Assembly (NCBI GenBank): GCA_044867025.1
Contig: JBIOUJ010000262.1
Coordinates: 717 to 64,716, forward strand
DNA length: 64,000 bases
Reading direction: 5' to 3'
From: Pyrinomonadaceae bacterium
GTDB lineage: Bacteria > Acidobacteriota > Blastocatellia > Pyrinomonadales > Pyrinomonadaceae
This document shows, piece after piece, positions 34,315-43,315 of this stretch (its first letter is position 1; every line of letters begins with the position of its first letter). Position numbers and translations under genes: made by a program. Below the pieces are notes generated by a model. That model saw only the letters and a program-made list of their open reading frames with translations, did no database searches and was not told where the DNA came from.

Positions 34315-36300
34315 TTACTGCACTGAGCCGTCGTCCTGAACAGCAGCCATTTCGGCAGTGCGGTCGCCATCCAACAGCACTGACAAAGCCCAAACTGCAC
34401 CGCCATCGCCGATCGCCACGCCATCACCGATGGCCACTCCATCCGAAAGAAGGATGCCATCGCCGATAGCTACTCCGTCGCCGATCGCGACACCACTCTT
34501 GAGAGCACTGCCCAAAAAGAAGACGTAGCCATCACCAATCGCCACGCCGGTGCTGGTCAAGACGTTATCTCCGATCGCGACGCCATCGCCGATCGCGACA
34601 CCGTCACCAATCGCGACACCGTCACCAATCGCAACGCCGTCACCAATTGCAACACCATCTCCGATTGCTACTCCGAGATCGTAGATTCGATGGTAACGAG
34701 TGATGAGGTTGGTACCAGTCGCATAACCATGGTTGAGAATGATTCCCTGGGCCCACATGAAAGTAAAACCCTCGAACGAGGAATACGGGCTGGGAGGCGT
34801 CGTTGTAATTAACAGCGGTGCTCCCAGTAAGGTTGCGTTTGATAAGTCGGTGCGCACGAGCTTCGCCAGACGAACAGCGCCTTCGACGTTCAACTGGCCG
34901 GCGCCCTCTTCGAGCATGTTCTGACCAGCGAGAGGCTGCGCCGTGTACATGAGAATCATCTTGACGAGATTGGGGGTGAGTTTCGGATTCGCCTGGAGAA
35001 GAAGAGACGCGGTGCCTGAGACGAGCGGCGTAGCCATCGAAGTACCACTCATTCTCATCATCTTATGATTGCTGCCGCTACTCGGAGTACATTCGAGTTG
35101 CGGGTATTCCGAAACGAGTCTATTCGCTCGGCTTTCGGCGGCAATGAGTTTGTTGCCGGGTGCGACGAGATCTGGTTTGAAGATGTGATCGTAGTAGCGA
35201 ATGCCGTTGATTGTTCGATAACTTCGCGTGGGCCCGCGCGAGCTGTAGGTTGTAACGCGATCGTCAGCGCGTGAATCGGTTCCGAACGTGTTAGTTGCAC
35301 CAACCGTGATTACTGAAGGTTCGTTTCCGGGTGCGTGGACGCGGCCATAGATTGTTCGTCCGGTAGCGTCTGTACCGTCGTTACCCGCCGCAGCTACAAC
35401 GACAAGTCCGGTATTTACGAGCCGGCGAGCGGCGAGACACAGTGGATCGTCTTTATACGAATCCACCGCCGGGGCACCCAGGCTCAAGTTAACGACTTTG
35501 ATTTTGTATTTCTGATAATTCTTCTCGCCTAGCGGCTTGTTCGGATCAACTGGTGCAAGAATCCAGTTGAGCGCCTTCATCACATTAGAAACTGCCCCAA
35601 GTCCAGCGGAGTTGAGAACGCGCAGATTGATTACCTTTGCTTCGGGCGCGATCCCGGTGTACGCGCCGTGTGCAACGTGGTCTACTCCAGCAGCGAGCGA
35701 CGCGACGTGAGTTCCGTGGCCGTAAGGATCGTCGAGACGTCCTTCGCCCGTGAAGTCGAATTGCGCCTCAATCCTGCTTCCAATCTGGTGATGGTCCTTA
35801 TCGATACCGGAGTCGAGCACGGCAATGTTGACATCTTTGCCTTTGAGACCGCTGTTGCCGGATTGCGTGCGCATGACCACTGCGCCTGTCGTCTCCTCGA
35901 CGTGTCCCAACAAGTTAACTTCTCTATCGAGAGAGATGAATTCCACTTCATCGAATTCAGACAACTCTGCGATGACGCTCGACGGCAACTCGACTACGGC
36001 CGAATTGAATGCCTCAAAATTATCTTTGACTTTGATGCCGGCCCGTCGGAGTAGCGCGTTTAAGCGGCCTGTCGGCGCGGAATTGAGCTGCAGGATGACC
36101 TGGACCAGTTCGTCGTCGCGATATTGGCGACTCAGACTCGGTGAGATCTTTTCATGCTTGCTCCGCTTTACTTTCGGAGCTTTATTGGTAGATTCAGCTC
36201 CGACGCGCTGTGGGCTAATACCGGCACCGCAAAGGCAAAAGAGAAGGGCGCAGGCCGTGAGTATTGAAGCAGTGGTGAATAGCCTTTTCGTTCTCATCAT
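34315..36300 (-). CDS. Secreted S8 (subtilisin-family) serine peptidase with a C-terminal GVAIGD hexapeptide-repeat domain
   Basis: The start is at 36300 (MMRTKRLFTTASILTACALLF). The catalytic triad contexts are VLDSGID, HGTHVAS and SGTSMATP. The C-terminus carries 15 in-register hexads (34405-34674). Confidence 0.85.
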   Translation of the reverse strand: MMRTKRLFTTASILTACALLFCLCGAGISPQRVGAESTNKAPKVKRSKHEKISPSLSRQYRDDELVQVILQLNSAPTGRLNALLRRAGIKVKDNFEAFNSAVVELPSSVIAELSEFDEVEFISLDREVNLLGHVEETTGAVVMRTQSGNSGLKGKDVNIAVLDSGIDKDHHQIGSRIEAQFDFTGEGRLDDPYGHGTHVASLAAGVDHVAHGAYTGIAPEAKVINLRVLNSAGLGAVSNVMKALNWILAPVDPNKPLGEKNYQKYKIKVVNLSLGAPAVDSYKDDPLCLAARRLVNTGLVVVAAAGNDGTDATGRTIYGRVHAPGNEPSVITVGATNTFGTDSRADDRVTTYSSRGPTRSYRTINGIRYYDHIFKPDLVAPGNKLIAAESRANRLVSEYPQLECTPSSGSNHKMMRMSGTSMATPLVSGTASLLLQANPKLTPNLVKMILMYTAQPLAGQNMLEEGAGQLNVEGAVRLAKLVRTDLSNATLLGAPLLITTTPPSPYSSFEGFTFMWAQGIILNHGYATGTNLITRYHRIYDLGVAIGDGVAIGDGVAIGDGVAIGDGVAIGDGVAIGDNVLTSTGVAIGDGYVFFLGSALKSGVAIGDGVAIGDGILLSDGVAIGDGVAIGDGGAVWALSVLLDGDRTAEMAAVQDDGSVQ

Positions 36301-36503
36301 TCCCCCAGGGAGTTCGAAAGTACAAAGAGTCAGAATGCGGGTTCGTTCGTCCTCGCAGCGCATAGTGCACTGACTGTGCCATCTGGAATCTGCCTGATTT
36401 ACAAGGGATTTTGGGGCAAACCGCTCATGTTGAAAGGTCAGACTGATTTATGAGGTCATTTTGAATAGAATGAATCATGAGACGGAGTTCACAAAGGCAC
36501 AAA

Positions 36504-37376
36504 ATGAAGTTACTCCTATTTGTAATCTGTATATTCGCTCTGACAGCGAACGCACAAAGCACGCTCACAAGGCTTGAAGGACAGGTCGTGTGCTGCGCGG
36601 AGTGTTGGGCACAGGCCGACCACAACAAAGTGGAATACGGGACGGCGCAGGATCTTTTGAAAGCGAAATCGTGTGTTGAAGGCGGCGATCCGACCCTGCT
36701 TGCCGTGCGCGAAGGTGACAAGTTCAAGCTATATCAACTCGCGAGTGGTAAATATCGCTTGCCTGGAAAGAATTGGCTGGAGTTTGTCGGGAAACGCATC
36801 GCCGTCCAAGGCATGGTCCAGTCCAAAAAAGAGACCGACATTATTCGAGTGGATAGTCTCGAAGTGCTGGAGCAGAGTCTTGCACAGCGCGAAGCTGCAA
36901 AGTTGGTGGGACAACAAATCGATCTCACGCTGAAAGACCTGTCAGGTGTCGATCAAAGTCTCTCTGCACTCAAGGGGCGAATCGTTGTCCTGAACTTCTG
37001 GGCCACTTACTGCATCCCGTGCAGAAAAGAGATGCCCGACCTCGCAGCCATTCAAAATGAGTTTGCCGCGTTGGGAGTGCAGGTTGTCGGCGTCAACACT
37101 GACGAATTGAAAGATCGAAGCAAAGTCTTGCAGTTCGTCAAAGAGACAAGGGTTAACTTTCCGATTTGGGTCGGCGGCTCTACGGAGCACATGGTGAGAT
37201 TCGGACTCGGCGCAGCTCTGCCCGGAACCGTCGTCATTGGACGCGACGGACGAGTGGTAAAAATCATTTCCGGCGTAGTCGATCAGGTCATTTTAAGAAA
37301 AGAGATTGAAGCGCTGCTTGCAGTTGCGACAACTACGAAAACGCCAACGAACCAGGCTTCAACAGTTCCGAGTTGA
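36504..37376 (+). CDS. TlpA-family thiol:disulfide oxidoreductase (thioredoxin fold)
   Basis: The ATG at 36504 gives MKLLLFVICIFALTANA. The active site is WATYCIPCRKEMP (CxxC). There is an N-terminal Cys-containing extension (VVCCAECW). Confidence 0.8.
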   Translation: MKLLLFVICIFALTANAQSTLTRLEGQVVCCAECWAQADHNKVEYGTAQDLLKAKSCVEGGDPTLLAVREGDKFKLYQLASGKYRLPGKNWLEFVGKRIAVQGMVQSKKETDIIRVDSLEVLEQSLAQREAAKLVGQQIDLTLKDLSGVDQSLSALKGRIVVLNFWATYCIPCRKEMPDLAAIQNEFAALGVQVVGVNTDELKDRSKVLQFVKETRVNFPIWVGGSTEHMVRFGLGAALPGTVVIGRDGRVVKIISGVVDQVILRKEIEALLAVATTTKTPTNQASTVPS

Positions 37377-37403
37377 CCGCTTTGACCGGGCGAAGGTCGC
37401 GCC

Positions 37404-37928
37404 GTGAGCGGGGCAGGAGAAAACGATTACAAATGGACCTACGGCGTGCGTGTCATCGCTCATCAGATCGATCGTGCGACGTGGCGCAACACGCTGACTT
37501 ACCGTTTCCATCCTCGGTTCACAGCGGGTATCGAGTACAACCCGCTGGCGGCGAAAGTCAGCCCGCTCGCGAACCTCGTAGTAGTCACCGAAACGCACCA
37601 CCGACCGGCGTTGATCGTAGGAACGAGCTCGGATCGCATAGGCACACCTTCGGGGCAGTCGTTTTACGCCACGGTCAGCAAGAACGTAAAGCATTACACC
37701 AATCTGCCTGTGAGTCCTTATGTCGGTGTTGCGTACGGTACGTTCGAAGATCGCGCTCGTGTAATTGGAGGGTTGAATATCGCGATTGCCGAGGGTTGGA
37801 GTTCAACAATTCTTTTTGACGGCGTTCGCGTTCATCCCCTGTTGAATTACACGCGTGGACGGCATCAGTTCGGAGTGATTTTAGAGAGAGGCCGCCGCCC
37901 GGGCGCAAGCTACAGCATCTCGTTTTGA
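37404..37928 (+). CDS. Hypothetical beta-rich protein ending in an aromatic residue (OMP-like), with no signal peptide visible
   Basis: GTG start. The sequence shows alternating polarity and the C-terminus is ...GASYSISF. The N-terminus MSGAGENDYKW lacks a signal sequence, so the gene may be 5'-truncated or mis-started. Confidence 0.4.
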   Translation: MSGAGENDYKWTYGVRVIAHQIDRATWRNTLTYRFHPRFTAGIEYNPLAAKVSPLANLVVVTETHHRPALIVGTSSDRIGTPSGQSFYATVSKNVKHYTNLPVSPYVGVAYGTFEDRARVIGGLNIAIAEGWSSTILFDGVRVHPLLNYTRGRHQFGVILERGRRPGASYSISF

Positions 37929-37941
37929 GATACTTCCTTCC

Positions 37942-38134
37942 GCTTTGCCTCAAAAGTCTCTTTCATTCTCACCAGGCTTTAGCCTGGTGCGTTGTGCAGG
38001 CCATTACTCAGAAACCGTTTCAACGGTTTCCTGCGGGAAAGAATGGCAAACCGTTGAAACGGTTTCTGCTTTAGTGTTACGTTGGTCACCAGGCTAAAGC
38101 CTGGTGTGAATGATAGAGACTTTTGAGGCAAAGC
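37942..38134. mobile_element. MITE-like element (family C), 193 bp, with TIRs and an 11-bp target-site duplication
   Basis: The TIRs are gctttgcctcaaaagtctct (37942-37961) and agagacttttgaggcaaagc (38115-38134). The arms extend through caccaggctttagcctggtg. Flanking direct repeats tacttccttcc lie at 37931-37941 and 38135-38145. Confidence 0.8.
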
Positions 38135-38719
38135 TACTTCCTTCCAATCTACCTCGTCCTCTATGTCATCGCGGCATTCTTTTGGCGATCGTATGTGGTT
38201 TGGAAGAAGACGGGGATCAATCCCGTCGTCTTCAAAGGCACAGACAGCGCACATGACTTCATCGGTACGGTGTCCAAGCTGATCTTCGCCGTCGTGTTGT
38301 TGGTGGTGCTGATTTATTCGGTTCTTCCAAATGCTTATCCGTACCTGATGCCGGTTCCTTGGTTGCAACATCCCTGGATCAGATCGACGGGAGTTATTTT
38401 GCTGATCGCGTCGTTGGTTTGGATCGTTCTGGCGCAGGGGCAGATGGGTGAATCATGGCGCATCGGTATCGACACCGATAACAAGACGAAGCTGGTTCAA
38501 ACCGGCGTGTATCGCGTTTCCAGAAACCCGATCTTTCTCGGCATGATGGTTACACTGTTCGGGCTTTTTCTCGTGATTCCAAATGCTGTCACCTTGCTGA
38601 TTTTTGTATTGATAGTGGTGCTGATTAATATTCAGGTTCGGCTTGAAGAGGAATATCTGAAGAGCAGTCACGGCGAGGATTACGTGCGTTACCAGCGAAC
38701 GGTGGGAAGGTGGATATGA
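38123..38719 (+). CDS. Isoprenylcysteine carboxyl methyltransferase (ICMT)/phospholipid methyltransferase-family membrane protein
   Basis: A multi-TM protein with the motifs YRVSRNPIFLGMM and EEEYL. The present TTG start (38123) lies inside the MITE terminal repeat. Confidence 0.7.
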   Translation: MRQSYFLPIYLVLYVIAAFFWRSYVVWKKTGINPVVFKGTDSAHDFIGTVSKLIFAVVLLVVLIYSVLPNAYPYLMPVPWLQHPWIRSTGVILLIASLVWIVLAQGQMGESWRIGIDTDNKTKLVQTGVYRVSRNPIFLGMMVTLFGLFLVIPNAVTLLIFVLIVVLINIQVRLEEEYLKSSHGEDYVRYQRTVGRWI

Positions 38720-39210
38720 ATATCAGACGATTGATGGAGACGAACGCGCCACGCTCGGTGATACTGATCCGGATCATCGTGGGCGCGGTGTTTTTGTCGG
38801 AAGGGATTCAGAAGTTTCTGTATCCCGCGGAAAATGCTGCCGGAAGGTTTGCGAAGATCGGTATACCTTCACCGGATGTGATGGGGCCGTTTGTTGGCGT
38901 TGTCGAGGTCGTCTGCGGTGCTCTGATTCTGATCGGGTTTCTTACGCGGCTCGCCGCGATTCCCCTAATCATCGACATGCTCGTCGCCATTCTTTCAACC
39001 AAGGTTCCAATTTTACTCGGCCATGGCTTTTGGGGATTCAGTCTGCGCACACTCCCGTACTACGGATTCTGGGGGATGGCCCATGAGGCGCGTACGGATT
39101 TTGCGATGTTGCTCGGGTCGATTTTTCTGTTGATCGCCGGCGCTGGATTGTGGTCGGTCGATGCGAGGATGTATTCAACGCGATCCCCTTATCTTCCGCG
39201 CTATCGCTAA
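38716..39210 (+). CDS. DoxX-family membrane protein
   Basis: The ATG at 38716 overlaps the ICMT stop (ATGA). The sequence reads IIVGAVFLSEGIQKFLYP...VEVVCGALILIGFLTRLAAIPLIIDMLVAI. Confidence 0.75.
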   Translation: MNIRRLMETNAPRSVILIRIIVGAVFLSEGIQKFLYPAENAAGRFAKIGIPSPDVMGPFVGVVEVVCGALILIGFLTRLAAIPLIIDMLVAILSTKVPILLGHGFWGFSLRTLPYYGFWGMAHEARTDFAMLLGSIFLLIAGAGLWSVDARMYSTRSPYLPRYR

Positions 39211-39675
39211 GGCCCATAGTAGACCCACCACCAGAAACGGCGCCAAGTACAGCAAGAGATCCCAGCGGCCGTACCCGGGTGGAGTAGCTTTGACTGTTGC
39301 GATAGTCTCGGCGCTTCCCTGCGCACTCTCGAGCCGCACGCGCACCCGCCAGAGTTCCTCGGCGTCGAAGTGCACGTCTGCACGATACTGAACCTGGTTT
39401 TGCAAGTTCTCGCGTTGGGCCGTGTAGACGGCCTCCGGCAAACGGCCGCTCACCGGTTGCACGCCGATTTGCACGCGAAGATCCGGAGGAAGTTCGGGTG
39501 TGTTGACAATCACGAAGAACAGCGCCGTGCCGACGTCCGGATCAGTCCACACGGACACGACAAAACGATCGACTTTTTGATCGACGAACAGCGGAAACGG
39601 AGGACCTTCGTGAGCGCTGGTGGTACTCGCGAAGAATAAAATGATAAGGAGCGGCAGCGCACGTCGTAAGCTCAT
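39175..39675 (-). CDS. Hypothetical exported protein with a C-terminal TM anchor; the mature N-terminus is predicted to begin with His
   Basis: The signal peptide is MSLRRALPLLIILFFASTTSA, followed by HEGPPFP. The C-terminal anchor is LLLYLAPFLVVGLLWALAIA. It is the last gene of the 42225-39175 minus-strand cluster. Confidence 0.55.
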   Translation of the reverse strand: MSLRRALPLLIILFFASTTSAHEGPPFPLFVDQKVDRFVVSVWTDPDVGTALFFVIVNTPELPPDLRVQIGVQPVSGRLPEAVYTAQRENLQNQVQYRADVHFDAEELWRVRVRLESAQGSAETIATVKATPPGYGRWDLLLYLAPFLVVGLLWALAIARKIRGSR

Positions 39676-39716
39676 GACTCAGATGTTTTGTTTCTTGTGT
39701 GCCCTTTTGTGGCGAC

Positions 39717-41177
39717 TCATCCGCTGCCGAGCACGACGCCACGCATTTCCATCGGTTGCGACATCAACCAGAACGCTGCGCCTGCCATCAATAGCGACAA
39801 AACAGCCCACGGGATGAACACGCGCGTTGAATGGACCACCTCTTCTGTCGCGGCGATTGAGTAACTTACCAACAGAGATCCGATGAGTCCGAGAGTGATA
39901 AAGCCAAACTCGAACAGTTGCACGACATTCGGCGCGAAACCAGACAGGCCCCAGTGGGGTGGGCCCAAAATCGCCCAGCCCAGGTCAGCCACAGCAGCCT
40001 GCGTCACGGGAATGAACGTGTAGAGTCCAGTCAGGAAATGAAAGCCGAAGTGCGCGAGCCAGATTCCGAATCCGAGCGGTGCGAGCGAATATGAGTAACG
40101 GAGTGCGTGAGATACGAATGGTCTTTTGCTGCCACTCCATGCACGCGAGATCCATGCAGCAATGCCGATCAGAAGCAGTGGTTCACAAACGAGCACAAAT
40201 GCGAACACAAATGCGAGCACGGGCAATTCAGACGTGACGCCAAACCGATTCGCCAGAAACTGCTCGAGCGCGTAAACAGGACTCACCATTCCGAACACAT
40301 TCAGCAGCGCGCCGAAAGCAAATATGACTGCGAGCGCAGCAACATCCTTGCGCTTCGATAGAAATCCAACGCCCGAGCGCATCACATCGTTCATCAATTC
40401 CGCCGCCGGAAGCCGGCTCATGATGCCGACGTTGTCGTACGGACACGCCTGCACACAATCCAGACAAAACGTGCAATCGAGGTTGCCAACTTTGCGCGGC
40501 TGGAATAACGCGAGTTCGCAACCACGCTGAATCACAACCAGCGGCGCCATGGGCTCGCGCACGCCGCGAATGCAATCCTTCGTCTTACAGCGCGTACATA
40601 CGTCGTGATCGCGAACTGCGACCTCGAGCGGCGAAACAGTAGAAGCGACGAAATTGAACTGTCCGATCGGACAAACGAACTTGCAAAAGCTTGCGTGTTT
40701 GAAAACCGCGTCGATCAGCAACGCGCCCGCAAAGTACGCGATGATTAGAATAGCCGTCCACCAGGGAGAAGCCCACAGATCCAACCACTCGTAAACAAAC
40801 AGCATGGCGACGAGCAGCGCGATTGAGAGCCATTTGTTGCGCAGAGGACGCGGCCAGTTTCGAGTGGGATGAAAGAACTTGCGCGCGAGATTTCGGACGA
40901 ACATGAAGGGGCAAGCGAGGCAGAAGAAGTTCCCGGCAAACAGCAGGACAAAAACCAGGGCGCCGCGAAAGTGTACCCACGTCAGAGTTGTAGCCAGGTT
41001 CTTCGGCGCCAGCGTTGGCCCAAAAAGTCCGTGAAGAATCATCGCAGCGCTAATGAGGAACAGCGGTATCTGAAGCAATGTTCGCGCATGTCGCCAGTGA
41101 AGCAGGTTGCCAATCAACGGCACGCGCAGGAGATCCACAGCCGGTTGGCTTTTGGTTTTTTGAGCAGGCTGGAACAC
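39717..41177 (-). CDS. Polytopic 4Fe-4S ferredoxin-type membrane protein (CcoG/FixG / NapH-like)
   Basis: Multiple TM helices. The cysteine clusters are CLACPF, CKFVCPIG, CTRCKTKDC and CTFCLDCVQACPYD (CxxCxxCxxxCP). Confidence 0.7.
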   Translation of the reverse strand: MFQPAQKTKSQPAVDLLRVPLIGNLLHWRHARTLLQIPLFLISAAMILHGLFGPTLAPKNLATTLTWVHFRGALVFVLLFAGNFFCLACPFMFVRNLARKFFHPTRNWPRPLRNKWLSIALLVAMLFVYEWLDLWASPWWTAILIIAYFAGALLIDAVFKHASFCKFVCPIGQFNFVASTVSPLEVAVRDHDVCTRCKTKDCIRGVREPMAPLVVIQRGCELALFQPRKVGNLDCTFCLDCVQACPYDNVGIMSRLPAAELMNDVMRSGVGFLSKRKDVAALAVIFAFGALLNVFGMVSPVYALEQFLANRFGVTSELPVLAFVFAFVLVCEPLLLIGIAAWISRAWSGSKRPFVSHALRYSYSLAPLGFGIWLAHFGFHFLTGLYTFIPVTQAAVADLGWAILGPPHWGLSGFAPNVVQLFEFGFITLGLIGSLLVSYSIAATEEVVHSTRVFIPWAVLSLLMAGAAFWLMSQPMEMRGVVLGSG

Positions 41178-41191
41178 TAGAAAATCTATTA

Positions 41192-41280
41192 CTCTGCGTA
41201 TCTCTGCGTACCTCTGCGCCTCTGCGGTGAAGAAGCTGTTTTTACCGCAGAGGCGCAGAGGTACGCAGAGATACGCAGAG
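41192..41280. repeat. Repeat family D hairpin with a perfect 37-bp stem
   Basis: ctctgcgtatctctgcgtacctctgcgcctctgcggt (41192-41228) and its exact reverse complement (41244-41280). It sits between the FixH-like stop and the CcoG-like start. Confidence 0.85.
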
Positions 41281-41286
41281 AAAAAC

Positions 41287-41673
41287 TCAAGCTAATGCAA
41301 CTCCCTTGATTTCGAACTGCCGGTCGAGTTTGCGGCCGTCCTTCAAAGTAACATGGACCAGGATGAACCAATCTCCCGCCATCGAGAGTTCCATCGTCGA
41401 TTGATAACGTCCGGGTTCGGTTTCGCGTGCGCCGGTAAACACCGGAACCATTCCCGCGTGCGACATGTTTGCTTCCAACGTGATGCGCGCTCCGTCGACC
41501 TGCCTTCCAGCAGTATCCGTCAATCTGAGCGTGATTGTCACCGGGCCTACACGAGGCGGATTTGGAGAAACTTCATGCGCGAGTGTGAGGTCCGATATCG
41601 ATTCGTTTCGGCAACCTTGCGCGAGCGAGAGCCAGACACAAAGGGCCACCAGTGAACTGCGTCTTGAAAGCAC
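41287..41673 (-). CDS. FixH/YtkA-domain lipoprotein
   Basis: The lipobox is LSLAQGC. The sequence reads VGPVTITLRLTDTAGRQVDGARITLEANMSHAGMVP...EPGRYQSTMELSMAGDWFILVHV, which is the FixH-family pattern. Confidence 0.7.
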   Translation of the reverse strand: MLSRRSSLVALCVWLSLAQGCRNESISDLTLAHEVSPNPPRVGPVTITLRLTDTAGRQVDGARITLEANMSHAGMVPVFTGARETEPGRYQSTMELSMAGDWFILVHVTLKDGRKLDRQFEIKGVALA

Positions 41674-41676
41674 CGG

Positions 41677-42225
41677 TTACGCTGCGATCGCCTGTAGTGG
41701 CTCGTGTCGCACCGCGCAGCTACACGCGGCCGCTTCTTCTGCCGTGGGTGGAAACATGTGGTAGTACATGCCGATCATCATCGGGATAAACACGATCGCG
41801 TTGTAAAAGAGATGTACCTCGGCTCGAAACTTCGGGAAGAGCAGTTGCAGAAAACTGATCGGGACCGGCGAGTTAAACCAGTAGTGATGCGTGATCGCTT
41901 GCCACTGCAAGACCGCGTGTTCGATGTGATGCCAGAATTGAATCACTAATGCAATGGTCCACCACTTACGCGATGTTCCGGTAAAGCCTTTTCGGAGCAT
42001 CCAAATTCCAACAAGCATCACGATCGCATAGCCGTAGTGCAGCACCTCGGAAGTGACGAGCCACGGAAAGAAGACACCCAGGACGCCATTCGAACTCGGG
42101 CGCGGCCACCCGAGCACATAAATCTGAAAAGTCTGCGCGAGGTGCTCTGCCCAGTGCGCGAGCACGATGAGCATGAACACGTTGAGGGCGCGCTTGTGCC
42201 AGACGGTATTCAGCTTCTGATACAT
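41677..42225 (-). CDS. Histidine-rich polytopic membrane protein, family unknown
   Basis: 182 aa with about 5 TM helices and repeated His motifs: AHWAEH, VLHYGY, FWHHIEH, ITHHYW and YYHMF. Confidence 0.55.
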   Translation of the reverse strand: MYQKLNTVWHKRALNVFMLIVLAHWAEHLAQTFQIYVLGWPRPSSNGVLGVFFPWLVTSEVLHYGYAIVMLVGIWMLRKGFTGTSRKWWTIALVIQFWHHIEHAVLQWQAITHHYWFNSPVPISFLQLLFPKFRAEVHLFYNAIVFIPMMIGMYYHMFPPTAEEAAACSCAVRHEPLQAIAA

Positions 42226-42322
42226 GGCGTGAAAGTCTAGCGCAATTCAATAAATTCAGCCACAAAAAGGCGCAAAAATGTTACCTTAAACACTAGCCTC
42301 AGTTGCCTCACCTGCGACAACT

Positions 42323-43315
42323 ATGTTCCCCGTCGAAAGAGCGTTATTGATCATTAATCGCGCTGCCGGAACCGGTCAGGGCGGATCAGTTACAGGCGAA
42401 CTGGCCTTGCTTTTCAAGCAGGGGCTGGAGGGTCTTTCCGACGTGCAAATCGAATTGGTCAGCGATCACGCGACCGCACGCGCTTGCGCAGCACAGTTTG
42501 TTTCCGAGTCTGACGAGCAGGCGCTGATTGTTGCAGGTGGGGGAGGCGGAACTTTGCGTGCCGTCATCGAAGGCGTGTTCAAGAGTGCAGGGCGTGTGCG
42601 AGTGGGAGCATTGCGGATGGGGTCGGGTAATGTACTCGCACGACAATTTGGCGTTCCACGCGATCCTGTACGCGGACTCGAAGGTTTACTTACGAACCTC
42701 AAAGCCGGGCAGATCGTTCCGTGTTGTGTGATGCGATGTGAAACCTCGACGAGTGCGGGACAGTCTCAAATCCATCATGCCGTCACTCTCGGAGGACTAG
42801 GTCAGTTCGGCCGCATCCCGTCCGATCTTGCGCGCTGGCATGCGCGGTTGCCGTTCCTTCACGAAAGCGCAGCTCGCGCGCTTGGCATTGAGAAGTTAAC
42901 AAACATCGAATACGCACTCGCGTTTCTCATCCGCTCGATCTCCTGCATGTTATTTCCTGAAAAGGCTGAGTTCGTGGAGATTCAATTTCAAGGCCAAACG
43001 GAACGTTTGCGACTGCTTTCCGGAGTCGTCATGAATTTCCCGATCAAGGCTCTTCCGTTTACTCCCGGTGTGACCGTGGAAGATGAAGCGCTCGCAGCTT
43101 ATTTGATTCCACTTGATCTTCGCATTCGTCGCCACAGAATCGAAAAGAACCAGCGCCTTGAAATTCGCTTGCTCGATCGCGAGTGTGCCGAGTTGTTCCT
43201 GGATGAAGATCCGGTTACGACGTGCAAAGGTCTCAGTATTGAAGTCGCCGGTTCAATCGCGTTCGTACCCGGTCCGGACTACGCGCCGGTCGCCGGCGGA
43301 GGAAACTCCAAATGA
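42323..43315 (+). CDS. Diacylglycerol-kinase-family lipid kinase (DAGK catalytic domain)
   Basis: LIINRAAGTG, the glycine-rich loop VAGGGGGTLRAV, and MGSGNVLA. The stop overlaps the next ATG (ATGA). Confidence 0.7.
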   Translation: MFPVERALLIINRAAGTGQGGSVTGELALLFKQGLEGLSDVQIELVSDHATARACAAQFVSESDEQALIVAGGGGGTLRAVIEGVFKSAGRVRVGALRMGSGNVLARQFGVPRDPVRGLEGLLTNLKAGQIVPCCVMRCETSTSAGQSQIHHAVTLGGLGQFGRIPSDLARWHARLPFLHESAARALGIEKLTNIEYALAFLIRSISCMLFPEKAEFVEIQFQGQTERLRLLSGVVMNFPIKALPFTPGVTVEDEALAAYLIPLDLRIRRHRIEKNQRLEIRLLDRECAELFLDEDPVTTCKGLSIEVAGSIAFVPGPDYAPVAGGGNSK

